Assembly: GCA_965637545.1 (NCBI GenBank)
Contig: OZ281496.1
Location: 13,454,001 to 13,518,000, forward strand
Length of the DNA: 64,000 bases
Direction of reading: 5' to 3'
DNA from: Phallusia mammillata
Taxonomy: Eukaryota
The translations under genes were made by a program, and so were the position numbers. The notes below the pieces were generated by a model. That model was not told the origin of the DNA. It did no database searches and saw only the letters and a program-made list of their open reading frames with translations. Within the stretch, counting starts at the first letter, position 1, and each line of letters starts with the position of its first letter. Of this stretch, positions 35,159 to 47,039 are shown piece after piece.

Positions 35159-38100
35159 TGTTCACTTTTTTGAAGTAGTGGGGTTGTAAGACGTGGAACT
35201 GAGCAACCTTGTGATGGTTCTTTCTGTTGTGATCGGCGCCACTTGCTCCACCAAACGTGGGCCTCATCCACATTGGCTTACAACCAGAGTTTGGAAGAAG
35301 TGGATACAACGGGGCGACATGCTTACCAAGTACCAGAACTTCAGGCATTAACTCGTGCCGAAAGCAATATTGTCGGGGACACAAGGCTTCAGGCGGGCAA
35401 GTAAAGTTCAGTTTTGAACTTGCGCGACTTCAGATTGTGAACCGTATTCGCGAGCAAATAAAACAGATGAGAAAGACTGGGAATGTATTGCACGAGATTA
35501 AAGAATCGACTCCAGCGGAGACCCAAAGCATGGCAATGAGGTTTATCTCTCTTGCAGTGAAACTACAGCAGACCCTCTCGGCGATCATCAGTTCGTTTTA
35601 TCTAAACTTGTTGCATGTGAACATAAACAGCCATCATGTGTTTTTCCTGGTGTTGCCAAAAAATCAAGATTCTGAAAATTGTCCATTTTTAATAAAGTTT
35701 GCAGCCGCTTTGTGTTTGGGTATTCATCCAGAAAATGTGTATCACGGTAGCTTCAAAAGACAATGGCACAATGACAAGTGGTATTTTTTTTCCTGTGCTT
35801 TACTGTCTCCTCGTGCTTTTTAAAATGCTTAACCGTGACCCAATAGTACAGTGGCAAACCTTACAATATCCGTTTTTACTTTCGCTCGCTGTCGTACGAT
35901 TGTTTCCATTTTTATATGACATTGTTGAACTTTTTAAACTAAATAAACTCGATGCTACTTGCCGGCGCTGACACGTTTTTCGGAACACAAATTTTATGAT
36001 TTCCAATAAGCTCTGCCTAGCCCACAATTAATATTTTTTCCTTTAGTGCAATTGTAGCATTGATTTGTCGAAAAGGGCTTGTGTGACGTATACGGGAATT
36101 CAATGAAACAGAGCATACCCATTGTAATGGCGCAGTTAGCGGATTTAAGCCGTAATTTGTGGTTTCAGAAGCGCAAACCTTAAAAAAAGCAAAAACGCCC
36201 AAAATAAACAGGGCTAAAAAAGCCAACCAACTACATAAACCGCCAAATTTTACAAAAGTTTTCGCCAAACCACCAGTTGCTATTTTTGGTGCCAACTACA
36301 TTCAAAAAAGCCAATTTTGAGGTTTTTGGCCGCCAAATTGGCAACCCTGTGTCGCGTTTGGTCCTTGGAGAGACATATTAACTCATTTAAGATTGCAAAG
36401 ATGTCAGCCAAGTAAGCAATTCTGTGAAGTTGGTTTTTGTCGCCGAACAGTGCGCAAAACTGTGCTTTGGATTTTAGATTCAAAATTGTTTTTAGTTTAT
36501 TACGAAGATCAAAAACACGTTTCAAAACTTTGACGGTGAGTCGGTACGGTTCTCAAATGGTCACCTATCATTTGTTAGGAATACAATGACGGATAAACGG
36601 GGCAAATCAGAACAATTATTTTGTTCAACTCGGTTGATTTTTATGTTAAAGTCGGAAGAAGCGTGCAGTGCTGTAAACACTGACCTATATCCTGTTTCCA
36701 TGGCTGTGGGTCCGATCGGACTTTTTTGCTTATATCGTCTCTGATAGGACGCTAAACAAATTTTATTTGCGTTTTAGCGGATCTCGTCAAAAGGGATTAG
36801 GAACTTTTGTTTGCTTCGATAGTTGTTGCCCATGTCTACTTTCAAACAGTTTTACAAAAGTATGGTTATTATGAATACCTTTAAAACGAAGTTATTTGCA
36901 ATTCAGCTATTTACCCTACAAAACAGAATTTTCAGGCGACCCTAGGTTGGGAAACACTGGTTTAAACAATAAATACACGAAGTATCTAAAACCGAAGCAA
37001 GAGCTGCACCTAACCTGCAGCTGTCGTGAAATGACTTGGGACCTACCAAAATTTTAAACGCTCAACACACCATATCAACCTAATTATTTCACTTAATGGT
37101 TTATGATTGACAGTAAGTAGACAATGTGTAACAGTACAACAGTAAAAAGTAGGCTACAAGGTGTGAAATGAAAAGTTTACTGACAGTGCAACCTCTACAA
37201 CACCACGACAATGCAGTTTGTAAACAATTTTTGACCTATTATAAAAATTTTGCCAAATTAAAATACCGATCGGTTTTGTCTGTATCTGAGTAACCCAATA
37301 CCGCAACAATGTTTAGTATGCTGTATGACAAAAACGGTCTTCCCAAACGACATTTAACAAACGGCATGTTTTTGGGTATGTTTTGTGTCCAGGTAGAGTA
37401 AAATCAGAACACTATCGCCTTTCACCCAGAAGTTAAAACGTTGCCGTTCCAAAAAGTCTTTAGTTGTTATCATCGAGGCTGGCTAGTGATCACCAATTAC
37501 GTTAAGCGGTAGTGTAACAAATAACTTATCGAAACAAAACCGTCTCATTTCGAACATTGTAATTCACGTTTGGCTGCGTGTGTCGCGTTGTTACACAACA
37601 GAAATTGCTAGACAAATTCTACACCAGATCGGCTATAAATCGTCTTGATGTTCTGTGATTGGACCCTGACTTTGTACACAAAGTTTGCGATGAGCCAGTA
37701 GTAGGGGAACAGGTGCAGTTCAGTGCCATATACCGGGTATGGGATTATTACATTTTATTCGTTATTGCCTGGTCGTTTAAAACAATTACGATTTTTTGGT
37801 TTGCACACCTAGTTCCTGAAATCTCATCTTGCTTGATTCTCTTCATAACGTGCGCAGTGTCGTTACATTAGCTGAACAAGATGGCACAAGAACCGTTTTG
37901 TTTTAAATGTACAAAACGAGGCAGGGATACCAACTGTGTGATGCTGCAATACTTGCCAAAAAGGACTTGTAACTTAATAGTGTCTACTTCTCGTGTGTAT
38001 CAACATGTGTCTTTTCAAATGTCCTCGATGGCTAAATGGTTTCTCACATATGTCACATCGATAGGGTTTCTCTCTCGTGTGGGTCGTCATGTGCATTGTT

Positions 38101-39516
38101 AAATCTCCAACTTCTTTTCACATACATCACATTGAAAGGTTGTTTTATTGGTGGGAGTCAATTGTTTTCGTTTGAAGGTACCTTTCTCAGAAACAGTGCT
38201 TACATTTTTTTTGGACAGTTGTTGACGTTTGGATGTCTCAGATAATTTCTGCTGATCACAAGCATCTGCACATTGCAGATCGGTTTGCTTCAAAATTAAT
38301 TCCTGGGTCGCCATTGTTCATTTTTGTTTATCTGCGAAAACGACAAAATGGTTTTTATGTTGTACTGCTCTCTGAAAACATTTTTTATTTGGGCGTTAAA
38401 ATCAGTTGATAACAATTTTAACATATAGCAGTTCAAAATCCACAGCCAACAGTCAAAATTACATTGCAAAAGCGAACTTGTTTCATTATCATTATTATCA
38501 ACTAAAACCCTCAATCAGTATATTTTAACCTCTGATGTTAAGTAAAGTTGATGACTACTATAGAAACCGGCAATATCTTAATTCGATATGTCCTGTAATT
38601 GTAAACTTTGGGGCAAACTTCGAAAATATGTTAAACACTTCCTTCCTAGCTACAGTTGGGCATACAAGGCTTTAAACAAGTGCAACAAGAAAAACTATGT
38701 GACAATTGAGGATGAAGCGAGTTACTTTGTCTGTTCGCTGATAGTCTATTATTTACCATCATTTTAAACCAGTTCTACGCTTACCAGTAATTCGTCTGGA
38801 TTTTGCAAAAGATTACATAGAAATAGCCGAAATCTCCCGTACCTGCAATCATATAACACTGTTCGCAAACTCAGAAGATCTATTCTTAGCGAAGCTTTTA
38901 GTTAAATATTCGAATGTTCTGACAATTGCCTTAATAATGTTACACTGATTTAACACCTTGAAAATATCCCCTTGGTACAGCATACAACAGAAGGTTGAAA
39001 CTAAAAAGAACGAAACACTGCGGGTTGTCTTAAACGGAAAACTGAATTATAGTCGCAGCTGCACAAACGCCACACGGCAAAGTACATCTAGTAGAAAGAA
39101 CATGTTTCACAAATCGTTTATTTTTCAATATAGTTGCTGCAGACCAAAGTTTATGAAGTCTGTACGTTATTCTTTTCTATTACAGTAAAACTTTAAACAC
39201 GTGGGTGACTACAACACAATTCCTAGAGTGGACGAATACATATTTGTTTTGTTAAACATTATTCTACAAACCGAGCACTCTAATACCCCTGCGTAAGCTT
39301 CGCGCATAGCATCTGGCACATCCAGCGCACAAACATAACATTGAATATCTTGAGATGGCCTAAAATTTACACCTGCAGTAGAATTAAATATTTTAAAATA
39401 AAAGCACTGGAACTTATTTTAGACGCCCAACAACGCATCAGTAAACACGAGTGCATTGACCTGTAACCGAAAGAAAAAAGGGCAGCTCGTTGAGCGCCAG
39501 GTCCACTGTATGATGT
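35159..39516 (+). repeat. Segmental duplication, copy 2 (R2-like fragment, hAT remnants, deleted zinc-finger pseudogene)
   Basis: Matches 6007-6419 joined to 8321-14511. Lacks the MITEs at 10195-11580 and 13405-13915. Confidence 0.9.
37975..38314 (-). pseudogene. C2H2 zinc-finger pseudogene, duplicate with about 350 bp internal deletion
   Basis: Same N-terminus MATQELILKQTDLQC as 12748. Sequence equivalent to about 12193-12541 is missing. Confidence 0.85.
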
Positions 39517-40379
39517 GTACTTTTACAAAAGCAATTTAACTTTTATAAAAGCAATTTAAAATGTGATCAGTGCATGGATGAAACTTTTCCGTTATCGTCA
39601 TAGTTAAGCTAAGTAATTTTACAACGATAATATTTGTCTTGTGTTGTGGGAAAAATAAAACACGCCCTTTGCTTGGTTAGTACGCTAACAATTTGACGAA
39701 AACGAGATGGGTTATCTTTTAGCGCAATCCAGGGTTTATGGAGATCAGTGGGAAAAAGCGACAAATCTGTTAACGATTTATATATCGATTTTCGATCCAC
39801 TTTCAACTTGGGACTTCGATTTGCTTAAGGATTTCAAAGCACTCTGGGACCCGTTTTCCAATACGTATCTCATGAACATACAAGGAGTTTTAAACCAAAG
39901 GAGATACTATATAAGGGTATTGTACGAAACAACTTCATCGGACAATGTGTAGAGAAAAATATGACTCATTATTTTTTATTAGAATTAATTGCGTTGAAAA
40001 AACAGATTTGTTAACCACTAGACGTGCCTTGAAAACTCACCCAAGATGCCACGGTCCATTTAGCGACCGCTGCTTTAATCCGTCCCACATTGCATGCTCT
40101 GGTTTGCAACAGGAAATTGAATTGCTTCCTGTCTGACAAGAACGCCTGCATTCGCCGCACAACAATTGACTTATTATGTGTGAAAAAGCAAAGGAAGGTT
40201 TCGGGTTGTATGTGACATTAAACGTAAAGTGTGATGTTGGGCTGCGCACTGAAAGCATATTTCCAAAATGTTTCCGAATTCGAACCACAGGCTTTTTCAG
40301 CCAATCACAAGAGCGGAATTCTGCGGGTTGTAGTTACGTCACGTCTAGGTTGCTAAGCGGTTACTTTAACTTCTTAGAT

Positions 40380-40799
40380 CAGTGGTTCCCAAACTTTTTC
40401 ATATTTTTTTCAAAACGGTCCCTTTGCCATTATTTCGAGGGCTCGCGGTCCTGAAGCCTAAATGTGTATTAAATAAATACGAAAGTTGATTGCACTATTT
40501 TAGCTAGTTATGCCAAATTTGCGTATAACAATCATCCAAAGACAGCATGTGACATCACAAACAGGACAAAAACATTACTATTGTGCGCGAACAATTGCCT
40601 TTCTGATAGTTTTCATTTAATAAAGGCCATTGTTTAGCAATAGAGACAGTCGATTCTCAATTCTACTTTGTATAAACTTATTTAGTGGCACAAACTGACG
40701 CCAAATAAGATCATAGAATTGCTTCAACCGCTTCGCGGTCCCCAAAAAATTGCCTCACGGACCTCTAAAGGACCGCGGACCCCAGTTTGGGAACCGCTG
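40380..40799. mobile_element. hAT MITE, 420 bp
   Basis: CAGTGGTTCCCAAAC / GTTTGGGAACCGCTG. TSD TCTTAGAT at 40372-40379 and 40800-40807. Inverted copy of the host MITE at 10195. Confidence 0.92.
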
Positions 40800-41734
40800 T
40801 CTTAGATGGACAAGACATTATTAACAAATTTACCTGGTTTGCACTTCAACTTGATGCCTCTGACGTAAATATGCACAAGGAATGATCACGAGAAACTTAC
40901 ACATAATATGGTACAGCACTAGTAGACAGATTAAAAGATTAACGTATAAACAGCAAGTCGAACGAGTTTATTTGTTCGAACAATGCCTTAGTTTAAAACG
41001 TCTACAAGTGTTACTTTTTCACGGCATTCGAAGCCGTACAATCCAAGGACGAATCCCATTTTTTTTCAGATTATAGTCTTTTTCAGCAATGGTGGCACAA
41101 AACTCTTTAAAACAAGAAAAATTCTCCTTTTCCGATTGTGCCTCGAACAATGACAGCTTTCTCCGAAACGATTTGCTAATTCTGTGAAGGTCACAGACGA
41201 GGTTCAATACCTATCCTGAAGTTAAATTTAAAATCAGTTCGATTTAAAATCAGTTCATTCATATAAAATGTGATATCGACCATGAATGCTAACTTTGACA
41301 GCCAAGTAGGATCGGAAAACTACGAATTGGCTCTGCCTTTTTCAGACAAGGAACGATATTGTTGGACTTGTGTATAGTAAGTTTCTTTTTTATCGGGAAA
41401 AACTTTTTATAAAAAACACATAATTAATATGTGTTTGTATACACAACTGGTTTCAACAACGTTGTAAACAGTCATTATTACGTCGTTTGCGTCATAATAA
41501 AGGCAATTATTACGTGCATTCTGCTGAAAGCTTCTTTTAGAGTACCGTAGTCTTCTCTGCAAGTATTGGTAGTTGACATGTTGCTGAAATAACTAATAGA
41601 CATTGTGTTGCTTACAGTTAATGTAGTAAATTATATGTTTTATGAATTGAAATTTACTAATGTTATCGGCTTATATCTTATCATTAGACGTCTTGGTATT
41701 GCTTATTTCATAATTTTTGAACCTTAAATTTATT

Positions 41735-44401
41735 ATGAGTAAAAGATTTGAAAGTGGAGCTAGCAAGCGCAAGAAAAAGAAATTTGAAAATGATATGCTA
41801 AAGAAGATAAAATCAATCACTGCTTTCATGCATCAACCTCTGACAGAAGCAACAGGTGCTGGCAGTGAAGTAGGTGCCTTGACGCTATCACAAGAAAATC
41901 AGTGTAGCGAAGCTGATCAGCCAACTACTAGCATTCGACCAGAAGAAAGTTTTACAGAAAAAGCAATGCAGGACGTTGAACAGCAACCTGGTAATGAGGA
42001 AGGAGACATTCCCAGTGAAAATGAAGTTACAAGTATATTTCAAAACTCAGTTGCTGCAAAGGGAGGGGAAAAAGAAACACATCAAAGTAGTGGGGATAGT
42101 CAAAATTTTCAATTCACACCTAGTGAAGTAGATCAGTCCCAAAGTATTACAGATACTTATGCAGATGATGCCGAACATAGATCTACACATACACTGAGTT
42201 TAGAGGACGTTGGTTTGTGGAAAAAATTATCAAATGAAGAAATAGCCTACTGGATAGAGAGAGGCCCTTCTGAAGTTCAGCACAGTAGTGGTCCATTTTC
42301 TAGTTCCAAACGAGTGTACAAAAAGCAATCCAGGTTTTGCACAAAAACTCTGTTTTTTGCAACGAAAGTCAATGGTGAAACATATAGCAGAGAGTGGCTT
42401 GTATATTCCCCCGCAAAAGGACGCGTATATTGCTTTGTTTGTAAACTCTTTCCAAATCATGCATCTTCTTCGGCTTTAGCAGCTGATGGTTTTGACGACT
42501 GGCACAACTCTCATCTTATCCAAGCTCATGAAAACTCAGAAAAACACACAAATGCCATGTTAACCTACCTAACAAGGAGGCGAGGATATACGCTTACTTC
42601 AAAGCTGGAGGAGCAAATAAAAGCAGAACAGCAGTATTGGTGGCATGTAATGGAAAGAATCACCGCTGTAATTTGTACTCTTGCAGAACGAGGCCTACCT
42701 TTTGGAGGGGACAATGAACGATTTGGATCTCCTAATAACGGCAATTATCTTGGTCTTTTAGAACTAGTGGCTAAGTTTGATCCATTTTTACTTGCTCATA
42801 TCAATCGCTATGGAAATTCAGGATCAGGAAATCCCTCTTATTTGTCAAAAACTATTTGCGAAGAGATGATTCAGCTCATGGCCAAAAAAGTTAAAGAGTC
42901 AATTGTGGCTGACGTAAAAAAATCGGGATATTTCAGCTTTTCTGTGGATTCTACTCCCGATATTTCACATACCGATCAGTTAACTTTGATTATCAGATAC
43001 GTGTCTCCTGTAAACGGTTTACCAAGTGAGAGATTCATAACTTTTCTTGAGCTGAAAGACCACTCTGGGGTAGGCATGGCAGATTTAGTGCATAAATATC
43101 TCACTACTGAGCTTCAGCTTGATTTTAATAAATGCCGAGGGCAGTCTTACGACAATGCTGCAAACATGGCTGGTAGATACAACGGTATGCAGCAAAAAAT
43201 CCTAGAAAGAAATAAATTTGCAAAATTTATTCCATGCGCAGGTCACTCCTTAAATTTAGTAGGCCGCTCAGCTGTTGATTGCTGCCTTGATGCAGTGAAC
43301 TGTTTTGGTATTATCAATGAAATTTACACTTTTTTTTCGGGTTCCACAAAGAGGTGGGCAGTTCTAAAATCATTTTTGCAACCTCATTCTAAAGTGCCAA
43401 AACATTTGTCAGATACTAGGTGGGATGCACATGCAAAAGCCACGGAAGCTATTTTGGAAAGTTACAGTGCCATCACTAATGCTCTCAGTCATTTGCACTC
43501 CAATGTAAGTGAGAAGGGTGATACCAGACTTCATGCTAACAACCTTTTACAAAAAATGGAAAAATTGGAATTTGTGTTTATGTTGCATTTTTGGTCCAGA
43601 GTACTAGGTCGTTTTCACAGGGTTAGCAAAGCCCTTCAGAAATCTGTATTGTTATTAAGTACTTGTGCCGAATTGTACAGTTCATCTGTAGACTTTCTAA
43701 GCGAAATTAGAGATGAGTTTGACGAGTTTGATCAGAAAGCAAAAGCAACCTTGCCGAATATTAACTACAGAGCTGCCACTAGGAGACAAAGAAATGCACC
43801 TGACGCTTTAAGTGAACTCTCTTCAAAGGAGAGGTTTAAAATAAATTCCTTTATCCCTATGCTCGACGCACTTGAAACCAATTTAAAAAGAAGAGCTAGT
43901 GTATACAGTGACATTGCAGAAATGTTCCTCTTTCTTGCTAATCTGAAAGCAACTAAGGTAGAAATTGTACGAGGCGTAAAACTTTTAAAGGAAGCGTATC
44001 CGGAAGATGTTGACCTGAAACTTACTGATGAACTTCTACATTTTCATTTGTACGTGAAACAAACACAAAACCAAGGGCTTACCGGTACAGAAGAGCGATC
44101 TGTTTGCTTGTCTCATGCAGACCTCTATGAAATTATGTGCAAGGAAAAAATTAACACTGCCTTTCCTAATGTGGAAGCAATATTAAGACTGTTTCTTAGC
44201 CTAATGGTCACTAACTGCTCAGGAGAGAGATCTTTCTCAAGGCTCAAAACCATCAAAAATAAACTGAGATCGACAATGTCCCAAGAAAGGTTGTCCGCAC
44301 TGAGCATTTTGTGCATTGAGAGTGACAAACTTAAACAGATAAATTTTAATGAACTTTTGCATGATTTTGCTTTGACAAAAGCTAGAAAAATTTTTGTTTA
44401 G
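41735..44401 (+). CDS. hAT transposase (TTF-finger/DUF4371/ZMYM1-like), 888 aa from ATG, uninterrupted
   Basis: REWLVYS..YCFVC, VDSTPDISH (D1), SYDNAANM (D2), CAGHSLNL, DTRW, VTNCSGERSFSRLK (E). Right TIR ATCCGGCCCTG ends at 45832; no left TIR found. Confidence 0.92.
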   Translation: MSKRFESGASKRKKKKFENDMLKKIKSITAFMHQPLTEATGAGSEVGALTLSQENQCSEADQPTTSIRPEESFTEKAMQDVEQQPGNEEGDIPSENEVTSIFQNSVAAKGGEKETHQSSGDSQNFQFTPSEVDQSQSITDTYADDAEHRSTHTLSLEDVGLWKKLSNEEIAYWIERGPSEVQHSSGPFSSSKRVYKKQSRFCTKTLFFATKVNGETYSREWLVYSPAKGRVYCFVCKLFPNHASSSALAADGFDDWHNSHLIQAHENSEKHTNAMLTYLTRRRGYTLTSKLEEQIKAEQQYWWHVMERITAVICTLAERGLPFGGDNERFGSPNNGNYLGLLELVAKFDPFLLAHINRYGNSGSGNPSYLSKTICEEMIQLMAKKVKESIVADVKKSGYFSFSVDSTPDISHTDQLTLIIRYVSPVNGLPSERFITFLELKDHSGVGMADLVHKYLTTELQLDFNKCRGQSYDNAANMAGRYNGMQQKILERNKFAKFIPCAGHSLNLVGRSAVDCCLDAVNCFGIINEIYTFFSGSTKRWAVLKSFLQPHSKVPKHLSDTRWDAHAKATEAILESYSAITNALSHLHSNVSEKGDTRLHANNLLQKMEKLEFVFMLHFWSRVLGRFHRVSKALQKSVLLLSTCAELYSSSVDFLSEIRDEFDEFDQKAKATLPNINYRAATRRQRNAPDALSELSSKERFKINSFIPMLDALETNLKRRASVYSDIAEMFLFLANLKATKVEIVRGVKLLKEAYPEDVDLKLTDELLHFHLYVKQTQNQGLTGTEERSVCLSHADLYEIMCKEKINTAFPNVEAILRLFLSLMVTNCSGERSFSRLKTIKNKLRSTMSQERLSALSILCIESDKLKQINFNELLHDFALTKARKIFV

Positions 44402-44419
44402 CCTATTCTTACTCTATTT

Positions 44420-45593
44420 CAGGGGTTCCCAAACTTTTTTAGTCTGTGGCCCAAACAGGCCCCACGAGAGGGGGTGCAGCCGGTGCGCCGCACCGGAGCC
44501 CATGAGAGTCTAGACTGTCAAATGTGTACGTGTTTTATTATCGTTTTAAAACCGAAAAAAGTTAAAGCTAATTGTCGAATGTGGATTTGTTTTAGTGCAA
44601 CTCTATGCTACACGCTTCGTTGCGCATTGCACAACAATTTTTTGATCGTTACGTCGGCGCACACGCGAATTGTATAGTGATCTCTTTTCGGTGCCGTTCC
44701 AAGTTTTTTTGTGTGTCACAGCTGTGTTCGTTATTTAGTAAGGATTTGCAATGTCTGACACATTGGTCTATTCTGAACACTTGGTTAGCTTAAGTTCATG
44801 GTACTGTGCATTTTGAAGGTCAAGATTTTGTCTCTTACTAATGTATGTTGTTTGTCCGTCGTCTTGATACTTTGCTTTGCTGTCTTGTGCATAGCCATCC
44901 TATATGTGCTTAGTGTATATCTGATTGCGACTATGTAACAGATGATTGTGTTGGCTGTACAGGGCAAGTGTTTCTGCACATTCCAGGTCTTTATAATGGC
45001 ATATGCTACACGTATTTGATTGGGTCACATCTTTGCTCAGGGGTGTGCATCATGCGGCCACAAAGACTAGTGTGGCCGTGAAAATGATTTTGTGGTACTG
45101 AAAATAGTAGCCATATGCGTCAGACTTTTTGCATATCTATTGTGTGTGAACAATGCGAAAAAAACAAACACCACAAGCGTCACAATAGAGAAGATGACGT
45201 CTTAAACAGTTACGACTGGTCTTCACACTATGGAGCTCATATCTGATCTTTTGGGGAAAATAAGGTTTTGCGTTTTCCATTTTGCTAAAGTTTAAACAAC
45301 GACAATTAGTGTTCAAAAGGGGGCCCGTAAATTGACTTTCACCAGCATATTCTTTTTCTCTCAAGGGCCCTGGCCCCAAATGTCTATATAGTAGTGATTC
45401 GTGGCTCACCACGTGCAGATAATTTGGGCACAAACAAAAGAAAATTAAATAAAAAACAGGCGAAATGGTTTCTAGCAATTTAATTTCTACAGTTTAACAA
45501 ACCAGTAGAATCTGTTCAAATGACTCTGTGGCCCATTGCAAATGTCTTGGTGGCCTAGTACTGGGTCATGTGCCCACAGTTTTGGAACCACTG
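44420..45593. mobile_element. hAT MITE inserted in the 3' end of the ZMYM1-like element
   Basis: CAGGGGTTCCCAAAC / TTTGGAACCACTG. TSD CTCTATTT at 44412-44419 and 45594-45601. Confidence 0.9.
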
Positions 45594-45839
45594 CTCTATT
45601 TGATGGCTATAACTATTTCTTAAGTCCTCGTAACTAAACTTTACAATTATTGTAACGATTGTTTGATCAAAGAAATTAAAAGCAAAACTGTCTAAATTTT
45701 TATTTTTTTAATTAAAAATTTGCACCCACGGATGTGGAAAATGCTGTATAGAGAGAAATTCTGAGCTCAAAAAAGGGAGGGGCCTCACAAATGGAATAGC
45801 CTAGGGCCTCTCATGGTCTAAATCCGGCCCTGCTCAGTA

Positions 45840-46917
45840 TCCAGGAACTAAAAAAAATTGGCAAAAAATAAACGCAATTAATAAAAGAAAGCAAGCAGCC
45901 AGAGAAGCAGCTCAGTCCCAACAAACAGGCGATGAAGAAGGACCTTAAAAAAACAGAAGAACGACGAAAAACAGAAGAATCAGAACGAGAAACTGAATCT
46001 GAAAGTGGAAATAATAACGAAGACAATAGCAACGATATGCAAGCTGATACTACCGCAGAAGACATGGGGAAAGTGGGTGTTCATAGGAGAACAACTAGTG
46101 GAGGTGGTAGCGGTGGGCCTGGAATATTGGAGCATAAAGTAGTAGCAAACTGTTTAAGCTCTGGATATAACAGCATCACCCAGAAAATTTATCAAAGAGA
46201 TCATTTAGCAATTAAATCACACCAATGGGTACAACCAGAAGGTGCATCATCACCAGTAGCAGAACCAGGACCTTGGAGAGACTCATACGGGAGTGGACAA
46301 ATATATGAATGTCCAATACATGACTTCGGACTAAAATTACCAACAGCATCAACAGACAGAAATGGAAGAACCAAAATGATGCCATGGCAAGACTACAACC
46401 CACTTCAATACTTCAGAGTGAGATCATTGAACATGAAATTATTACATCCGGGACAGTTTACAGCACCAGGATCAGCAAGTCATCTGCCCATCATACGGTT
46501 AAATATATGGCAAAATAAGCATCAAACAAACGCTGGAGTACCAGGAGTTCGGCATTGGGATTGAACTCCACAACAATCAATGACAATATTAACAGAACCA
46601 GGAGCTATGAGTCACAGACTTGGAATTCATGGATTTAATATAAAAATACAGCAGAAACAATCCCATCAAGTAGATGTAGGAGAAGATGGCAGTGCAGGGT
46701 AAACATCAGAACTGATGCAGATAGATAATAATAACATACCGTGGTACAGAACAGAAGTAAATGGTGTAATTGTGAAGTCATGTTGAATTTAGAAGTATTT
46801 AGACATACAGTGCCTAATGAAACATTAACCAGTGCTACAGGTATGACATTTAACTTTCCAGTTGAATATACCTGGATAATAGACTTTAAAACGCCTAAAC
46901 CATATGCACGTGAATAA
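45840..46917 (+). pseudogene. Putative ssDNA-virus capsid-like gene
   Basis: A-rich frame with a Gly-rich SGGGSGG, PWQDYNPLQYFRVRSLNMKLLHP (like the YRIxxVxxK..P strand of jelly-roll capsids) and terminal VEYTWIIDFKTP..*. In-frame stops and one frameshift; AATAAA at 46939. Confidence 0.55.
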
Positions 46918-47039
46918 CAATGTATATAATATTGTATTAATAAAAATTGTAATCAGTTAACAAAAAGTGTCATTATGTTCACAGCTAAGAGATTGTTTAA
47001 TCCTAAAATAACATTTATACTGAAAATAAAGGAAAGGAT

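Noticed and set aside
46918-46974. CRESS origin stem-loop with NANTATTAC
   Set aside because: No canonical nonanucleotide or clear hairpin here or at 52060-52110, so a circular genome is not proven.
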